In this document: piece by piece, positions 1 through 9,653 of the stretch
Layout of the letters: each line of letters begins with the position of its first letter
Numbering within the stretch: the first letter of the stretch is position 1
Origin: Myxococcales bacterium
GTDB taxonomy: Bacteria; Myxococcota_A; Polyangia; Palsa-1104
Reading direction: 5' to 3'
Length of the DNA: 64,000 nucleotides
Assembly (NCBI GenBank): GCA_028287105.1
Contig: JAQBQH010000154.1
Span: 28,095 to 92,094 of the forward strand
Notes under the pieces: model-generated
Databases searched by the model: none
What the model was told of the DNA's origin: nothing
Seen by the model: the letters and a program-made list of their open reading frames with translations, nothing else
Program-made: the position numbers and the translations under genes

Positions 1-1075
1 AGGCCGAGACCATCGCCGGGTTGGAGCCGCCGGCCTGCAGGGCCACCGCCTCGAGTCGCCGCCAGAGCGCATCGGGCAGCGCGGCCGCCGCATAGAAGAC
101 GAGATCCAGGTCGGCGAAGAACTTTGCGCGCAGCGCCGGGTCGCGCTCCAGCGCCGGCAGGAGCATGTCGAACCCGCGCGGGACGTTGAAGTAGATCGTC
201 GGCGAGACCTCGCCGAGGTTGCGCACCGTCTCGGCGATCCCGTCGGGCGTCGGCTTGCCGCCGTCGATGTAGAGCGTGCCGCCGTGCCACAGGATCATGT
301 TGAAGTTGTGGTTGCCGCCGAAGGTGTGGCTAAAGGGCAGCCAGTCGACGGTGATGGGCGGGCGATCGCCGAGGAAGGGCCAGAGCTGCGCGATCATCTG
401 CTGGTTCGACGCCAGCATGCGCTGGCTGTTGACCACGCCTCTGGGCGCACCCGTCGAGCCGGAGGTGAACAGCACCTTGGCGACGGTGTCGGGGCCCACC
501 GCCGCGAAGGCGGCCTCGGCGCGCGCGTCGGGGGCCCGGCGCAGCGACGGCAGGGACGCGGAGTCGATCAGCGGCACCGTCACGCCGGCGGACGCGAGCA
601 CCTCGAGGGCGCGCTCGAACGGGGCGCGCTCGGCCGCGAACAGCGCACCGGGCGCGAGCTGCGTCACGACGTCGCGCAGCTTGCCGAAGTCGGCGGACTG
701 AAGCGAGTAGGCGGGCGAGATCGGTGCCGCGGGGATGCCGGCGTGCATCGCCGCCAGCGTCAGGAGCGCGTGGTCGACGCTGTTGCCGGACAAGATCGCC
801 AGCGGCCGCGACGGCGAGAGGCCGAGCGCGAGCAGCCCCGCCGCCAGCTCGCGCACCGCGCCGAGCGCCTCGCCGTATGAGACCCGCCGCCAACCGTCGA
901 GCCGCCGTTCGGCGAGGAACGTTCTTGCGGGCGCGCGCGCGGCCCACTCTGCCAGCCGCTGGCCCACCGAGCGCGGATAGGGCTCCGGAACGAGCGGCGA
1001 TTCCAGGACGATCGTCCCGTCGCTGCGGCGGCGGCAGTCGACCGCGGCGGGGGCGAAGCGGAGCGGACGCGGCAT
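1..1075 (-). CDS. AMP-dependent acyl-CoA synthetase/ligase. The start codon is inside the window; the 3' end runs off the window edge.
   Basis: Minus-strand frame from ATG (rev-comp of cat at 1073-1075) translates MPRPLRFAPAAV...KVLFTSGSTGAPRGVVNSQRML...WLPFSHTFGG. This carries the TSGSTGxPKG AMP-binding signature. The frame is absent from the ORF track because it has no stop codon in the window. Confidence 0.8.
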   Translation of the reverse strand, partial: MPRPLRFAPAAVDCRRRSDGTIVLESPLVPEPYPRSVGQRLAEWAARAPARTFLAERRLDGWRRVSYGEALGAVRELAAGLLALGLSPSRPLAILSGNSVDHALLTLAAMHAGIPAAPISPAYSLQSADFGKLRDVVTQLAPGALFAAERAPFERALEVLASAGVTVPLIDSASLPSLRRAPDARAEAAFAAVGPDTVAKVLFTSGSTGAPRGVVNSQRMLASNQQMIAQLWPFLGDRPPITVDWLPFSHTFGGNHNFNMILWHGGTLYIDGGKPTPDGIAETVRNLGEVSPTIYFNVPRGFDMLLPALERDPALRAKFFADLDLVFYAAAALPDALWRRLEAVALQAGGSNPAMVSA

Positions 1076-1216
1076 GACGCAATTGTGCACGCGGCACGGG
1101 CGTCGTGTGGAACCTCGTCGAATTTGCGCGTTTCAGATTGACTGACCGCTGGTCACTGACCTATGGTCACCGGCGTTCCCGAGTCCCGTCACGAACGGAT
1201 TTTGCGGAGGGTGGCG

Positions 1217-2458
1217 ATGAAACGCACGGTCCCCGGCCTGCTCCTCTCACTCTCGATCGCCGCAATCGCCCCAATTGCTTCGATCGCCTCGACCGGCTGC
1301 GCTGGCGCCGTCGCTGGCGGCGCGACCGGCGGCAACGGCGCCGTACCCGAAGCGGGCGACAGCGGCGGCACCACGCCGGCGGTGCCCGATCCGTGGGTCT
1401 CGACCTGTCACCCCGAGCTCAGCTTCACCGGCGCGCCGATCGACGCGCCCGCCGATCAGTGGACCTGGGTGCCGGTCCCCGAAGCGCGCTGTCGCGACGG
1501 CTCGTCGACGGGAATCGGGGTCCGCATCCATCCCGGCGCCACGCAGCTCGTCGTCTACTTCGAAGGTGGCGGCGCCTGCTTCCACGGCGCCTCCTGCCTG
1601 ATCAACGACGTCCTGCAGCGCTTCGGCGCCACCGAATTCGGCGTCTGGGCCGCGGCCACCGGAGCGGCTGGCATCTTCGATCCCGTGCGCGCCGACAACC
1701 CGCTGCGCGGCTGGAACTTCGTCTACGTGCCCTACTGCACCGGCGACGTCCACGCCGGCAATCGCGATCACGTCGACGTCCCCGGCGGGCCGACCAATCA
1801 GTCCTTCGTCGGCTTTCGCAACGTCGCCCACGATCTGCAGCGGCTGGTGCCGACCTTCAAGGACGTGCGCCACGTCGTGGTCACCGGCATCAGCGCCGGC
1901 GGCTTCGGCGCCGCCTTCAACTACGATCGCCTGGCGCAGGCGTTCTGCGGCTCGCGGGTCACGCTCGTGGACGACTCGGGACCGCCCATGGGTGACAAAT
2001 ATCTGTCGCCCTGCCTGCAGCGACGGTGGCGCGATCTGTGGAACCTCGATTCCACGCTGCCGGCCGACTGCAAGGACTGCCGCGGCGCCGACGGCGGCGG
2101 CATCGTCAACTACGTCTCGTACCTCGCGAACAAGTATCCCGACGCCGATCTGGGGCTCATCTCCGCCGATCAGGACAGCATCATCTCGCTCTTCTTCGGC
2201 TACGGCACCAACCAGTGCGCCGGTCTCGACGGCGTCTCGGCGGGCATGAGCGGCGCCACCTTCCGGCAGGGGCTCGAGGAGCTGCGCGACGGCTACTTCT
2301 CGCGACCGAACCTCGGCAGCTTCATCGTGCCGTCGGTGTCACACACGTTCACCACGGCGCTCACCTTCTACGGCACGACCGTCGACGGCATGACCTTGCC
2401 GGCGTGGGTCGACTACCTGGTCAACCAGCGACTGGCGACGCACGTCGGGCTTCCGTAG
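1217..2458 (+). CDS. Pectin acetylesterase (PAE/Notum-like) family secreted lipoprotein
   Basis: ATG at 1217 is preceded by GGAGGG. The signal peptide has lipobox IASTGC. Motifs YFEGGGACFHGASC, YCTGDVHAG and TGISAGG are typical of the PAE family. Confidence 0.7.
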   Translation: MKRTVPGLLLSLSIAAIAPIASIASTGCAGAVAGGATGGNGAVPEAGDSGGTTPAVPDPWVSTCHPELSFTGAPIDAPADQWTWVPVPEARCRDGSSTGIGVRIHPGATQLVVYFEGGGACFHGASCLINDVLQRFGATEFGVWAAATGAAGIFDPVRADNPLRGWNFVYVPYCTGDVHAGNRDHVDVPGGPTNQSFVGFRNVAHDLQRLVPTFKDVRHVVVTGISAGGFGAAFNYDRLAQAFCGSRVTLVDDSGPPMGDKYLSPCLQRRWRDLWNLDSTLPADCKDCRGADGGGIVNYVSYLANKYPDADLGLISADQDSIISLFFGYGTNQCAGLDGVSAGMSGATFRQGLEELRDGYFSRPNLGSFIVPSVSHTFTTALTFYGTTVDGMTLPAWVDYLVNQRLATHVGLP

Positions 2459-2463
2459 CGCGG

Positions 2464-4290
2464 TCAGTAGGGCGAAAAGCGCAGCTCGACGCGACGCGCG
2501 CCCGGGGGGACCGCCACGCCGAGGAGCGCACCGTCGACGCGCTCGATGGGCCGCGCGACGCCGTCGACGGTGGCGTGCCAGCCTGGATGCCAGACCTCGG
2601 CCACGCGCAAGACACCGTCGACGACGCGCCAGGGCCGGGCATTGTGATTGCGCATGAGCACGAGGCGCGTGCGCGCGACGCCTTTGTAGAGCTGGAAGGT
2701 TGGCTCGTCGTCGAAGGTCGCCACGGTCTCGAAGCGCGCATCGGCGGTGGGTGCGACGATCCACTGCACGTCGAGCGCGTCGGCCAGGTCGGCGCGCACG
2801 AGGCTGTCGAGCTGCAGCCAGACGCCGGCCTCGGTGGCGATGGGCGCGACGCCGGTGCGCATGCGCTCGAAGTAGTCACGGTAGTGCGCAAAGGCGTAGG
2901 CGTCGAAGCCGCCGACCTGGCGCAGCGACGGTGCCGGCCGCACCGGCCACACCGACTGCGGCGGCAATCCCACGACGGCGATGCGGCCGGGCTCGCCCGC
3001 CAGCCGCTCGGCGAGCGCCGACCGCGGCAGCGCTTCCGCGATCGGCTGCGTCGACAGGTAGCGGCGCGACAGAAGCACGCCTTCGCCGGCGACGAGCAGC
3101 AGCGCCAGGCCGAGCACGAGGCGACGGCGCGGCGCCGGCACGGTCTGGAGGAGCGCGTCGAAGCCGATGGCGCCGAGCGCGATCCCGAGCGTCGAGGTGA
3201 CGAAGGCGATGCGCGCCGGACAGCGAAAGAGGGCGTAACCGGGGACGATCGCATAGACCGCGCGCAGAAGCGGGGTATCGAACGCCAGCACGAGTGTCAG
3301 CGCGGCCGAGACGGCGAGGAGCCGCGCGTGCGGCCGGCGGCGAGCCACCGCAGCGACGGCAAACGCCAGCGGCACCAGCCCGAAGTAGAGCTGATCTTCC
3401 CACAGCTCGGTGCCGACGTAGGTGTGATCGACGGGCGAGCCGAGCGCCTCCGGGCGCACGAGCGTGGCCAGGTGACGCAGCCCGAGCGCATGGCCGCCGA
3501 GGAAAAATTCGTAGGAGACGTGCGCGCGCGTCAGCAGCGGCGCGTCGCGCGCGAGCGGAATCAGGAGCCAGGCCGCGGCGACGAGCGCGCCGATCCCCGC
3601 CGCCGCCATCGTCGCGGTGATCCGCAGCGCGACCCGATCGCGCAGGCGCAGCGCGCCGCGATCGCGCAGGCGCAGCACGTCGGCCGCCAGCCACGCCGCC
3701 GCCACCAGCCCCGCGTAGTAGACGAGCTGCAGCTGGCCGCCGTGGAGCATGAGCGCACCGACGATCCCCAGCGCGACCGCGGCACGCCAACCCGGCGCCG
3801 CCCGCGCGTGCAAGAGCGCGGCGAACAGCCACGGCAAAAGCGCGATGCTCGGCAAGACGCCGAGCCAGCCGGCATAGGTCGCCAGGATCAGCTTGGCCTG
3901 GAACAGCCCCGCCACCGACGCGAACACGCGCGCCGGCAGCCCCAGCCCGAGCGCCGCCGCCAGCGCCAGGTAGCCGAGCGCAGCGACGAGGATGAGGAGG
4001 AACAGCGTCGGTCCAGCCGCCCGCTCCGGCGGCATCAGCCAGAAGAGCGCGTGCAGCGGCTCCCCCCAGGCAGCTTGCGGATGGGTCAGCCCCGGCTGGC
4101 CGCCGAGCTGATCCTCGCGCCACAGCGGCACGCCCTCGCCGCGGCGAAGCGAGTCGTACAGCACCGCCTTGGCGCGCAGGTGATAGGCGATCAGATCGGA
4201 GTGCGGCGACGACGGCACGCGGCCGGGCACCAGCAGCTGACCGTAGCCGACCAGCGCCAGCAGCACCACGGCCAGCGCGGCCCCGCGCAA
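2464..4290 (-). CDS. Large polytopic integral membrane protein. Function unknown; possibly a YfhO/glycosyltransferase-like fold.
   Basis: A 608-aa ORF with more than 10 predicted hydrophobic helices and Leu/Ala-rich composition. It contains a 24-nt in-frame tandem duplication (LRLRDRGA/LRLRDRVA). Confidence 0.55.
   Translation of the reverse strand: MRGAALAVVLLALVGYGQLLVPGRVPSSPHSDLIAYHLRAKAVLYDSLRRGEGVPLWREDQLGGQPGLTHPQAAWGEPLHALFWLMPPERAAGPTLFLLILVAALGYLALAAALGLGLPARVFASVAGLFQAKLILATYAGWLGVLPSIALLPWLFAALLHARAAPGWRAAVALGIVGALMLHGGQLQLVYYAGLVAAAWLAADVLRLRDRGALRLRDRVALRITATMAAAGIGALVAAAWLLIPLARDAPLLTRAHVSYEFFLGGHALGLRHLATLVRPEALGSPVDHTYVGTELWEDQLYFGLVPLAFAVAAVARRRPHARLLAVSAALTLVLAFDTPLLRAVYAIVPGYALFRCPARIAFVTSTLGIALGAIGFDALLQTVPAPRRRLVLGLALLLVAGEGVLLSRRYLSTQPIAEALPRSALAERLAGEPGRIAVVGLPPQSVWPVRPAPSLRQVGGFDAYAFAHYRDYFERMRTGVAPIATEAGVWLQLDSLVRADLADALDVQWIVAPTADARFETVATFDDEPTFQLYKGVARTRLVLMRNHNARPWRVVDGVLRVAEVWHPGWHATVDGVARPIERVDGALLGVAVPPGARRVELRFSPY
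3628..3675 (-). repeat. 24-nt tandem duplication (two copies) inside the membrane-protein CDS
   Basis: cgcgacccgatcgcgcaggcgcag / cgcgccgcgatcgcgcaggcgcag, encoding LRLRDRGA-LRLRDRVA. Confidence 0.6.
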
Positions 4291-4294
4291 GCCG

Positions 4295-4510
4295 CTACAG
4301 CCCGTCGGGCGAAGGGCGGCGGAAGGTGAGCACTCCGCCGCAGTGCGGACAGGTGTGCCCCTCGAGGCCGAGCGCGCCGTTGAAGGCGCTCAAGGTGGCG
4401 CCGCTCGAGGTGAACGACTGCTTGCAGGTGGGGCAGACGCGCTCGCCGGGGACGATCTGCTTCTTGGCGTCCTCGAGCTCCTTCTTGTCGGTGGTCGTGA
4501 ACAGGGCCAT
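4295..4510 (-). CDS. Small zinc-ribbon protein (71 aa; CPTC...CPHCGG)
   Basis: ATG (cat 4508-4510) gives MALFTTTDKKELEDAKKQIVPGERVCPTCKQSF...GHTCPHCGGVLTF. Two CxxC pairs are present. It is the in-frame C-terminal part of track ORF 4295..4837 and is divergent from the DksA-like gene. Confidence 0.5.
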   Translation of the reverse strand: MALFTTTDKKELEDAKKQIVPGERVCPTCKQSFTSSGATLSAFNGALGLEGHTCPHCGGVLTFRRPSPDGL

Positions 4511-4532
4511 GGCGCGAGTGTAGACTGGGTGG

Positions 4533-4925
4533 ATGGACGAGACCAGGCGGCGAGGATTCGCCAAGCTGCTCGCCGATCGCAAAGCGCGCCTCCTGGCCGA
4601 CGGGCCCCAGAAGATCGAGCCCAATCGCCGGGACGAAGCGGCGGTCGGCGTGGCCGACGAGGACGAGCAGGCGCTGTCGGAGATGCTGCAGACGCTGGCG
4701 TCGACGCGCAATCGGGACAGCGCGCGCGAGCTGGGGCTGATCGATCGCGCGCTGCGCAAGCTCACCGAGGAGCCGGAGGAGTTCGGCGTGTGCGAGGACT
4801 GCGGCGACGACATCCCGACCAAGCGGCTCGAGGTCATGCCCTTCGCGCAGTATTGTGCCGAGTGTCAGGCGGCCCTCGACCCCAAGCGCAACGTCGCGCG
4901 CACCAAGGTCACCGACTATCAGTAG
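4533..4925 (+). CDS. DksA/TraR family C4-type zinc-finger protein
   Basis: The C-terminus CEDCGDDIPTKRLEVMPFAQYCAECQ is the DksA/TraR four-Cys zinc finger. The N-terminus is a coiled-coil with acidic residues. Confidence 0.8.
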   Translation: MDETRRRGFAKLLADRKARLLADGPQKIEPNRRDEAAVGVADEDEQALSEMLQTLASTRNRDSARELGLIDRALRKLTEEPEEFGVCEDCGDDIPTKRLEVMPFAQYCAECQAALDPKRNVARTKVTDYQ

Positions 4926-5134
4926 GCCTCAGCTGCCGTGGTGGTGGCAGCTCGGGTGTCCGCAGCCGCAGTCGTCACGCTCGGGCTTGGCCTGCGACGG
5001 TTGGGACCCGGCGCAGAACTCGGAGCAGAAGGCGTCGCCGCGGTTGGCGCGATCGCTGGGGATGGGGCAGTCACAACCTGGATGGGCGCAGCGTTTCATG
5101 CGGGAGAAGGTGGGGCGCCGCGTCGCGGCGGCAA

Positions 5135-5926
5135 CTACTCTTCGACTTCGGCGCGGTGCGAGGCGCGGATCTCGATGCGATTGCCTTCGACCTGCACATC
5201 GCCGTCCATGCCGCGCGCCTTGAGCTGCTTGACGATCTTGTCGCGCAGCTGTGCGTCGGTCATGCCGGGCTCGCGGCTGTCGTCGAGCGCGCCGACCTCG
5301 ACCTGCGCGTTCTTCTCCGCGCCGCCGCTCGTCGAGCGCACGATCTTCATCTTGCGGCCGTTGCCGTCGTCGGCGCCGATCTCGACGGTGGAGACGCCGT
5401 CGGCGCGCTTGACCTGCACCTCGCCTGCATTCCAGCCGGCTTCGTCGAGCTGACGGCGGATGTCAGCGGCCACCTCTTCGTCGGTCTTGCCGTCGAAGTC
5501 GACGTTGATGTGCAACAGCTTCTCCTTGGCCATGGCGAACACGCTCCCCCACACACGCTCGGTGCGCGGCTCGACGGTGACGGTGGTGCCGCTCTTGCGC
5601 AAGAGGGCGGCGCGCTGCTCGGCTGCCGCGCCGTTCCTGGTGTGGACGTGCAGCGTCGCGACCTGACCGCCCGCCTTGGCGACCTTGAGGTCATAGCCGA
5701 CGGTGCGCGAATAGGGGACCGGGAAGATCAGCACCGCAGCGACGGCGGCGAGGCCGGCGGCGGTGACATAGATGGGCTTGCGAATCGATTTCATGAGGCC
5801 TCCTTGTTGCTGTTGCGCCCGCGCCTGGGAGAGCGCGCGGGCGGTCTGGTCGTGGGTCGGTAGCCCGTCCGCCGAGGATTCGGCGAGCGCCTTCAGATCG
5901 GAATCGATCCGGCTATCCGTGCTCAT
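5135..5926 (-). CDS. Putative membrane-spanning anti-sigma factor. It has a short cytoplasmic N-terminus, one TM helix and a periplasmic domain with tandem repeats.
   Basis: The start ATG overlaps the sigma-gene stop (ATGA at 5923-5926). TM helix PIYVTAAGLAAVAAVLIFPV. The periplasmic part contains two similar ~40-aa repeats (EEVAADIRRQLDEAGW.../AQLRDKIVKQLKARGM...). An alternative internal start is MKSIRK at 5794, which has an AAGGAGG RBS. Confidence 0.55.
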   Translation of the reverse strand: MSTDSRIDSDLKALAESSADGLPTHDQTARALSQARAQQQQGGLMKSIRKPIYVTAAGLAAVAAVLIFPVPYSRTVGYDLKVAKAGGQVATLHVHTRNGAAAEQRAALLRKSGTTVTVEPRTERVWGSVFAMAKEKLLHINVDFDGKTDEEVAADIRRQLDEAGWNAGEVQVKRADGVSTVEIGADDGNGRKMKIVRSTSGGAEKNAQVEVGALDDSREPGMTDAQLRDKIVKQLKARGMDGDVQVEGNRIEIRASHRAEVEE

Positions 5927-6471
5927 GTTGCTTCTCCTCGAACCACGGGCTGGTCGGCCCGCTCGGCTCGTTCGTAATGACGGCGCAGCCTCGCTCGCGC
6001 GCGCACGAGCCGGGACTTCACCGCCGGGAGTGATTGGTCTTGCAAGGCGGCCACCTCGTCGAGCGTGAATCCCTCCAGCTCGAACAGGACGATCGCCTCT
6101 CGTTCTATCGGCGAGAGCGTGGCCAGCGCCCGCGCCATTCGTTGCGCTCCTGCTACCGCGTCGCCACCGCCGTCGACGACCGGCTCGCGACGCACTTCGG
6201 ACAGCGGCAGGAGGCGCCGCCAGAAGCTTCTGCGATGACGCGAACGGTGCACCGAGAGCAGCACCGCGTAGAACCACGAACGGAACTTCTCGACGTCACG
6301 CAGCTCGTCGAGATGGTCGAACGCGCGCAGGACGGCCTCGTGAAACAGATCGTCGCCGTCCGCGTGCGACCGACAGAGCCGCCGCGCGGTCGCGCGCGCC
6401 CGGTCGTGATGCGGTAGGAGCAGCGCCATCACCCGCGCCTGCCTCGCCGCCTCGTCGCTCGTCGCCATCAA
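5923..6471 (-). CDS. RNA polymerase sigma-70 factor, ECF subfamily
   Basis: Region 2 motif LFHEAVLRAFDHLDEL and region 4 motif EREAIVLFELEGFTLDEVAALQDQSLPAVKSRLVRAR are present. Size is 182 aa. Confidence 0.85.
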   Translation of the reverse strand: MMATSDEAARQARVMALLLPHHDRARATARRLCRSHADGDDLFHEAVLRAFDHLDELRDVEKFRSWFYAVLLSVHRSRHRRSFWRRLLPLSEVRREPVVDGGGDAVAGAQRMARALATLSPIEREAIVLFELEGFTLDEVAALQDQSLPAVKSRLVRARARLRRHYERAERADQPVVRGEAT

Positions 6472-6554
6472 GAAGAGGACACCGCTCGACGGCCCAAAAG
6501 TCGCAGGCTATTTTTGCGACGTGAAATGATGTGCGGTTTTGACGACTTGCGACT

Positions 6555-8178
6555 CTACTGCTTGCGACAGAGGCCGCTCATGACGGCGTCGCCGTTGGCC
6601 TCTGTGGTCATCTTGCCGGTGCCGCCGTAGCGGCTGCGCTGCGACGCGGTGAGCTTGCGCGCGCCGGCGACGGCGGCGAGCGTATCGGCACCGAGCGTGG
6701 CCGTGCGCGTGTAGCTCGAGCGATCGACGCTGAAGAGGCCGAACTGCGGGCCGAAGCCCTCGGCCCACTCGAAGTTGTCCATCAGGCTCCAGTGGTAGTA
6801 GCCGCGCACGTCGACGCCGGCGCCGCGGGCGCGCTCGATCTGCTCGAGCGAGCGGACCACGTTCTCGGCGCGGCGCGCACCGACGGTGGTGGCGATGCCC
6901 GACTCGGTGACGACGAGCGGGAGCTTGGGCCAGCGGCCGCCGAAGTCGTGCAGCACGTCGTAGAGCCCTTCGGCCCAATATTCGTAGCCCATCGTCGGCA
7001 CGCAGAAGCTCGGATCGTGCGGCGGCAGGCAGGAGCCGAGGTCGATCGGCGCGAAGCAGGGCGTGGCGTTGACGCCGGGGAAGAAGCCGGTGGGTGTACC
7101 CGAGACCCCGATGCGCGAGTAGTACTGCACGCCGAGCCAGTCGAGCTTTCCCGCCCAAGACGGATGCGACTCCTCGGCGACACCGTCGAGATCGGCGTCG
7201 AAGGTGCCGGCGAAGAGCGAGTCGGGCAGGAGGTAGTGATAGACGTAGACGAGCCGATCGCGCGCGGCGACGTCGGCGGGATCGGTCGAGGGCTCGTTGG
7301 CCTGCGACGCTTCGAAGGCGCCGACGTTGAGGCTGAGCCCGACCGCGGCCGCGACGCCGTCGCCGTCGGCGTCGACGAGATCGGCGGCCTTGATGGCGTC
7401 GTACATGCGCGCGTGCGCTTCGATGTAGTCGCGCACGACGCCGACGAAGCGCGGGAAATCGGAGAGCGCCCAGCCGTGGCCGGGCGGGAACTGCGCCACG
7501 CCGTAGGCGGCGAGGAGATAGTTGATCGGCTCGTTGACGGTGCCCCACTCGTCGACGCGATCGCCGAAGCGCGTGGCGAGGAGCTTGGCGAAGCTCGCCA
7601 TGGCGTCGATGACCAGCGGCCCGCCCTCGGGATGGCCGAGGCCGCACAGGTTGGCGTCGCTGGGGCCGCTCTTGCAATCGGGGTCGCGCGGATCGGCGAC
7701 CCAGACCGGGTTCGAAAAGTGGTGCACGGTCACGAGCGGCTTGATGCCGGCGGCGCGCAGCGCGTCGAGGACGTCGGCGTAGTGCTGCAGCGCGGCTTCG
7801 TCGTAGTGGCCGCGCGTCGGCTCGACGCGGGCCCACTCGATCGAGAAGCGATAGGAGTCGACGTGCAGAGACTGGAGCAGCGCGACGTCGGAGACTGCGA
7901 GCGTGTAGCCGCGCACGGCGTCACCGACGAAGGCCTTGCCATTGCCGAGCCCACCGTCGGCAGCGGGGCGCGTGAAGACGTACCAGTCGGTGTTGGGATC
8001 CTGATCTTCGATCTCCGTGGCCGCGGTGGCGACGCCGAAGCGGAAGCCGCCCTTGCCCGACGGCTGCGACAGGGAGCCCATCGGCGGATAGCTGACGTCG
8101 GCGGGACCGCAGCCGGCGACGGCGAGACCTGCGACCGCGGCGAAGGCGGCGACCGCGGCGAGGTACGTGAGGCGCATG
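6555..8178 (-). CDS. Glycoside hydrolase family 1 (beta-glucosidase-like) lipoprotein
   Basis: Start MRLTYLAAVAAFAAVAGLAVAGCG (lipobox). GH1 motifs are present: TVNEP (acid/base) and VTESG (nucleophile region), plus HWSLMDNFEWAEGF. The upstream part of track ORF 6555..8984 is an antisense-of-pntB artefact. Confidence 0.8.
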
Positions 8179-8203
8179 GGGCCCCGAAGATAGCCGATCG
8201 CGC

Positions 8204-9625
8204 TCAGACTTGCAGCGCGGCCAAAAGGCTCTGCACGGTCTTCTTGGCGTCGCCGAACAGCATCACGGTGTTCTCGCGATAGCAGAGCGGATTCTCGACG
8301 CCCGCGTAGCCGGCGGCCATCGAGCGCTTGAGCATCACCACGCGCGCCGCCTTCCACGCCTCGAGCACCGGCATGCCGTAGATGGGGCTGGCGCGATCGT
8401 CGACGGCGCTGGGGTTCACGATGTCGTTGGCGCCGATGACCACGACCACGTCGGTGTCGCTGAAGTCGTCGTTGATCTCGTCGAGCTCCTTGACGAGATC
8501 GTACGAGATGCCCGCTTCGGCGAGGAGCACGTTCATGTGCCCCGGCAGACGGCCGGCGACGGGATGGATGGCGAAGCGAACGTTGACGCCCTTCTTGCGC
8601 AGGACGTCGGTGACCTCGCGGATCGGATGCTGCGCCTGCGCCACCGCCATGCCGTAGCCGGGGATGATGATGACGTTGCGCGCGGTGCGCAGGAGCTCGG
8701 CGGTCTCGGCGACGTTGGTCTCGCGCACCTTGCCGGCGGGCGCCTGCGTCGCGGACGCCTTGGCCGGCTCGGCGCCGAAGCCGCCGAACACCACGTTCCA
8801 GATCGAGCGGTTCATGGCGCGACACATGATCGCGCTGAGGATGGCGCCCGACGAGCCCACGAGCGCGCCCGTGATGATCAAGAGATCGTTCGACAGCATG
8901 AAGCCCGCCGCCGCCGCCGCCCAGCCCGAGTAGCTGTTGAGCAACGACACGACCACCGGCATGTCGCCGCCGCCGATGGCCCACACGAGGTGCACGCCGA
9001 GCAGCGACGCGAGGCCCGTGACCCCGAGCAGATAGGAGAACGAGCGATCGGGCGGCGCGCCCCAGCCGAGGATCGCCAGCGCGAGGCAGCCACCGACGAG
9101 CGCGAGGTTGAGGACGTGGCGCCCCGGCAGGAGCAGCGGCCGGCTGCCGATGGTGCCGCGCAGCTTGGCGAACGCGACGACCGAGCCGGTGAAGGTGACC
9201 GCGCCGACGAGGACACCGAGCTGCACCTCGACGTAGTGCGCGAGGTCGATGTGGGCGCCCGCTTCCTGCAACGTGCCGAGGCCCACCAGCACCGCCGCCA
9301 CGCCGACGAAGCTGTGCAGCACCGCCACCAGCTCCGGCATCGCGGTCATCTGCACGCGCGCGGCGACGAATCCGCCGATGAGCGCGCCGAGCGCGATGGC
9401 GCCGCCGTAGACGGCGAGCACGTTGGTGGTCGCGCCCGCGGCCTCGGCCTCGCCACGCTCGAAGCCGAAGAGGCCGGCGACGCTGACCGCGACCGCCAGC
9501 ACCATGCCGATGATGCCGAGCCAGTTGCCCTTCTGCGCGCTCGCCTGCTCCGACAGGCCGCGCAAGCTCAGGATGAAGAGCAGCCCCGCGACGAGGTAGA
9601 CGACCGTGGCCACCGTCGGTGGCAT
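8204..9625 (-). CDS. pntB: NAD(P) transhydrogenase subunit beta
   Basis: 473 aa with an N-terminal multi-TM domain and a C-terminal NADP(H)-binding domain ([16 protein letters not shown]...GANDIVNP). Confidence 0.9.
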   Translation of the reverse strand: MPPTVATVVYLVAGLLFILSLRGLSEQASAQKGNWLGIIGMVLAVAVSVAGLFGFERGEAEAAGATTNVLAVYGGAIALGALIGGFVAARVQMTAMPELVAVLHSFVGVAAVLVGLGTLQEAGAHIDLAHYVEVQLGVLVGAVTFTGSVVAFAKLRGTIGSRPLLLPGRHVLNLALVGGCLALAILGWGAPPDRSFSYLLGVTGLASLLGVHLVWAIGGGDMPVVVSLLNSYSGWAAAAAGFMLSNDLLIITGALVGSSGAILSAIMCRAMNRSIWNVVFGGFGAEPAKASATQAPAGKVRETNVAETAELLRTARNVIIIPGYGMAVAQAQHPIREVTDVLRKKGVNVRFAIHPVAGRLPGHMNVLLAEAGISYDLVKELDEINDDFSDTDVVVVIGANDIVNPSAVDDRASPIYGMPVLEAWKAARVVMLKRSMAAGYAGVENPLCYRENTVMLFGDAKKTVQSLLAALQV

Positions 9626-9653
9626 CAGCGGACCTCCGTCGAGCGCGGCGGCA

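Noticed and set aside
2026-4329. 767-aa + strand ORF (MARSVEPRFHAAGRLQG...) and several other long ORFs (2421..3254, 2876..4123) overlapping the membrane-protein gene
   Set aside because: They are antisense or alternate frames of the 2464..4290 CDS. Their composition is extremely Arg/Ala/Gly/Pro-rich and there are no motifs. This is the typical result of stop-codon scarcity in ~70%-plus GC DNA.
4343-5863. 506-aa + strand ORF spanning the dksA-like and anti-sigma region
   Set aside because: It overlaps two well-supported genes (the DksA/TraR zinc finger on + and the anti-sigma factor on -) in other frames. It has low-complexity Arg/Gly composition.
6792-8282. 496-aa + strand ORF antisense to the GH1 gene, and the N-terminal 270 aa of track ORF 6555..8984
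   Set aside because: The GH1 protein has a clear lipoprotein start at 8178. The upstream extension is antisense to the pntB terminus and has no signal or motifs.
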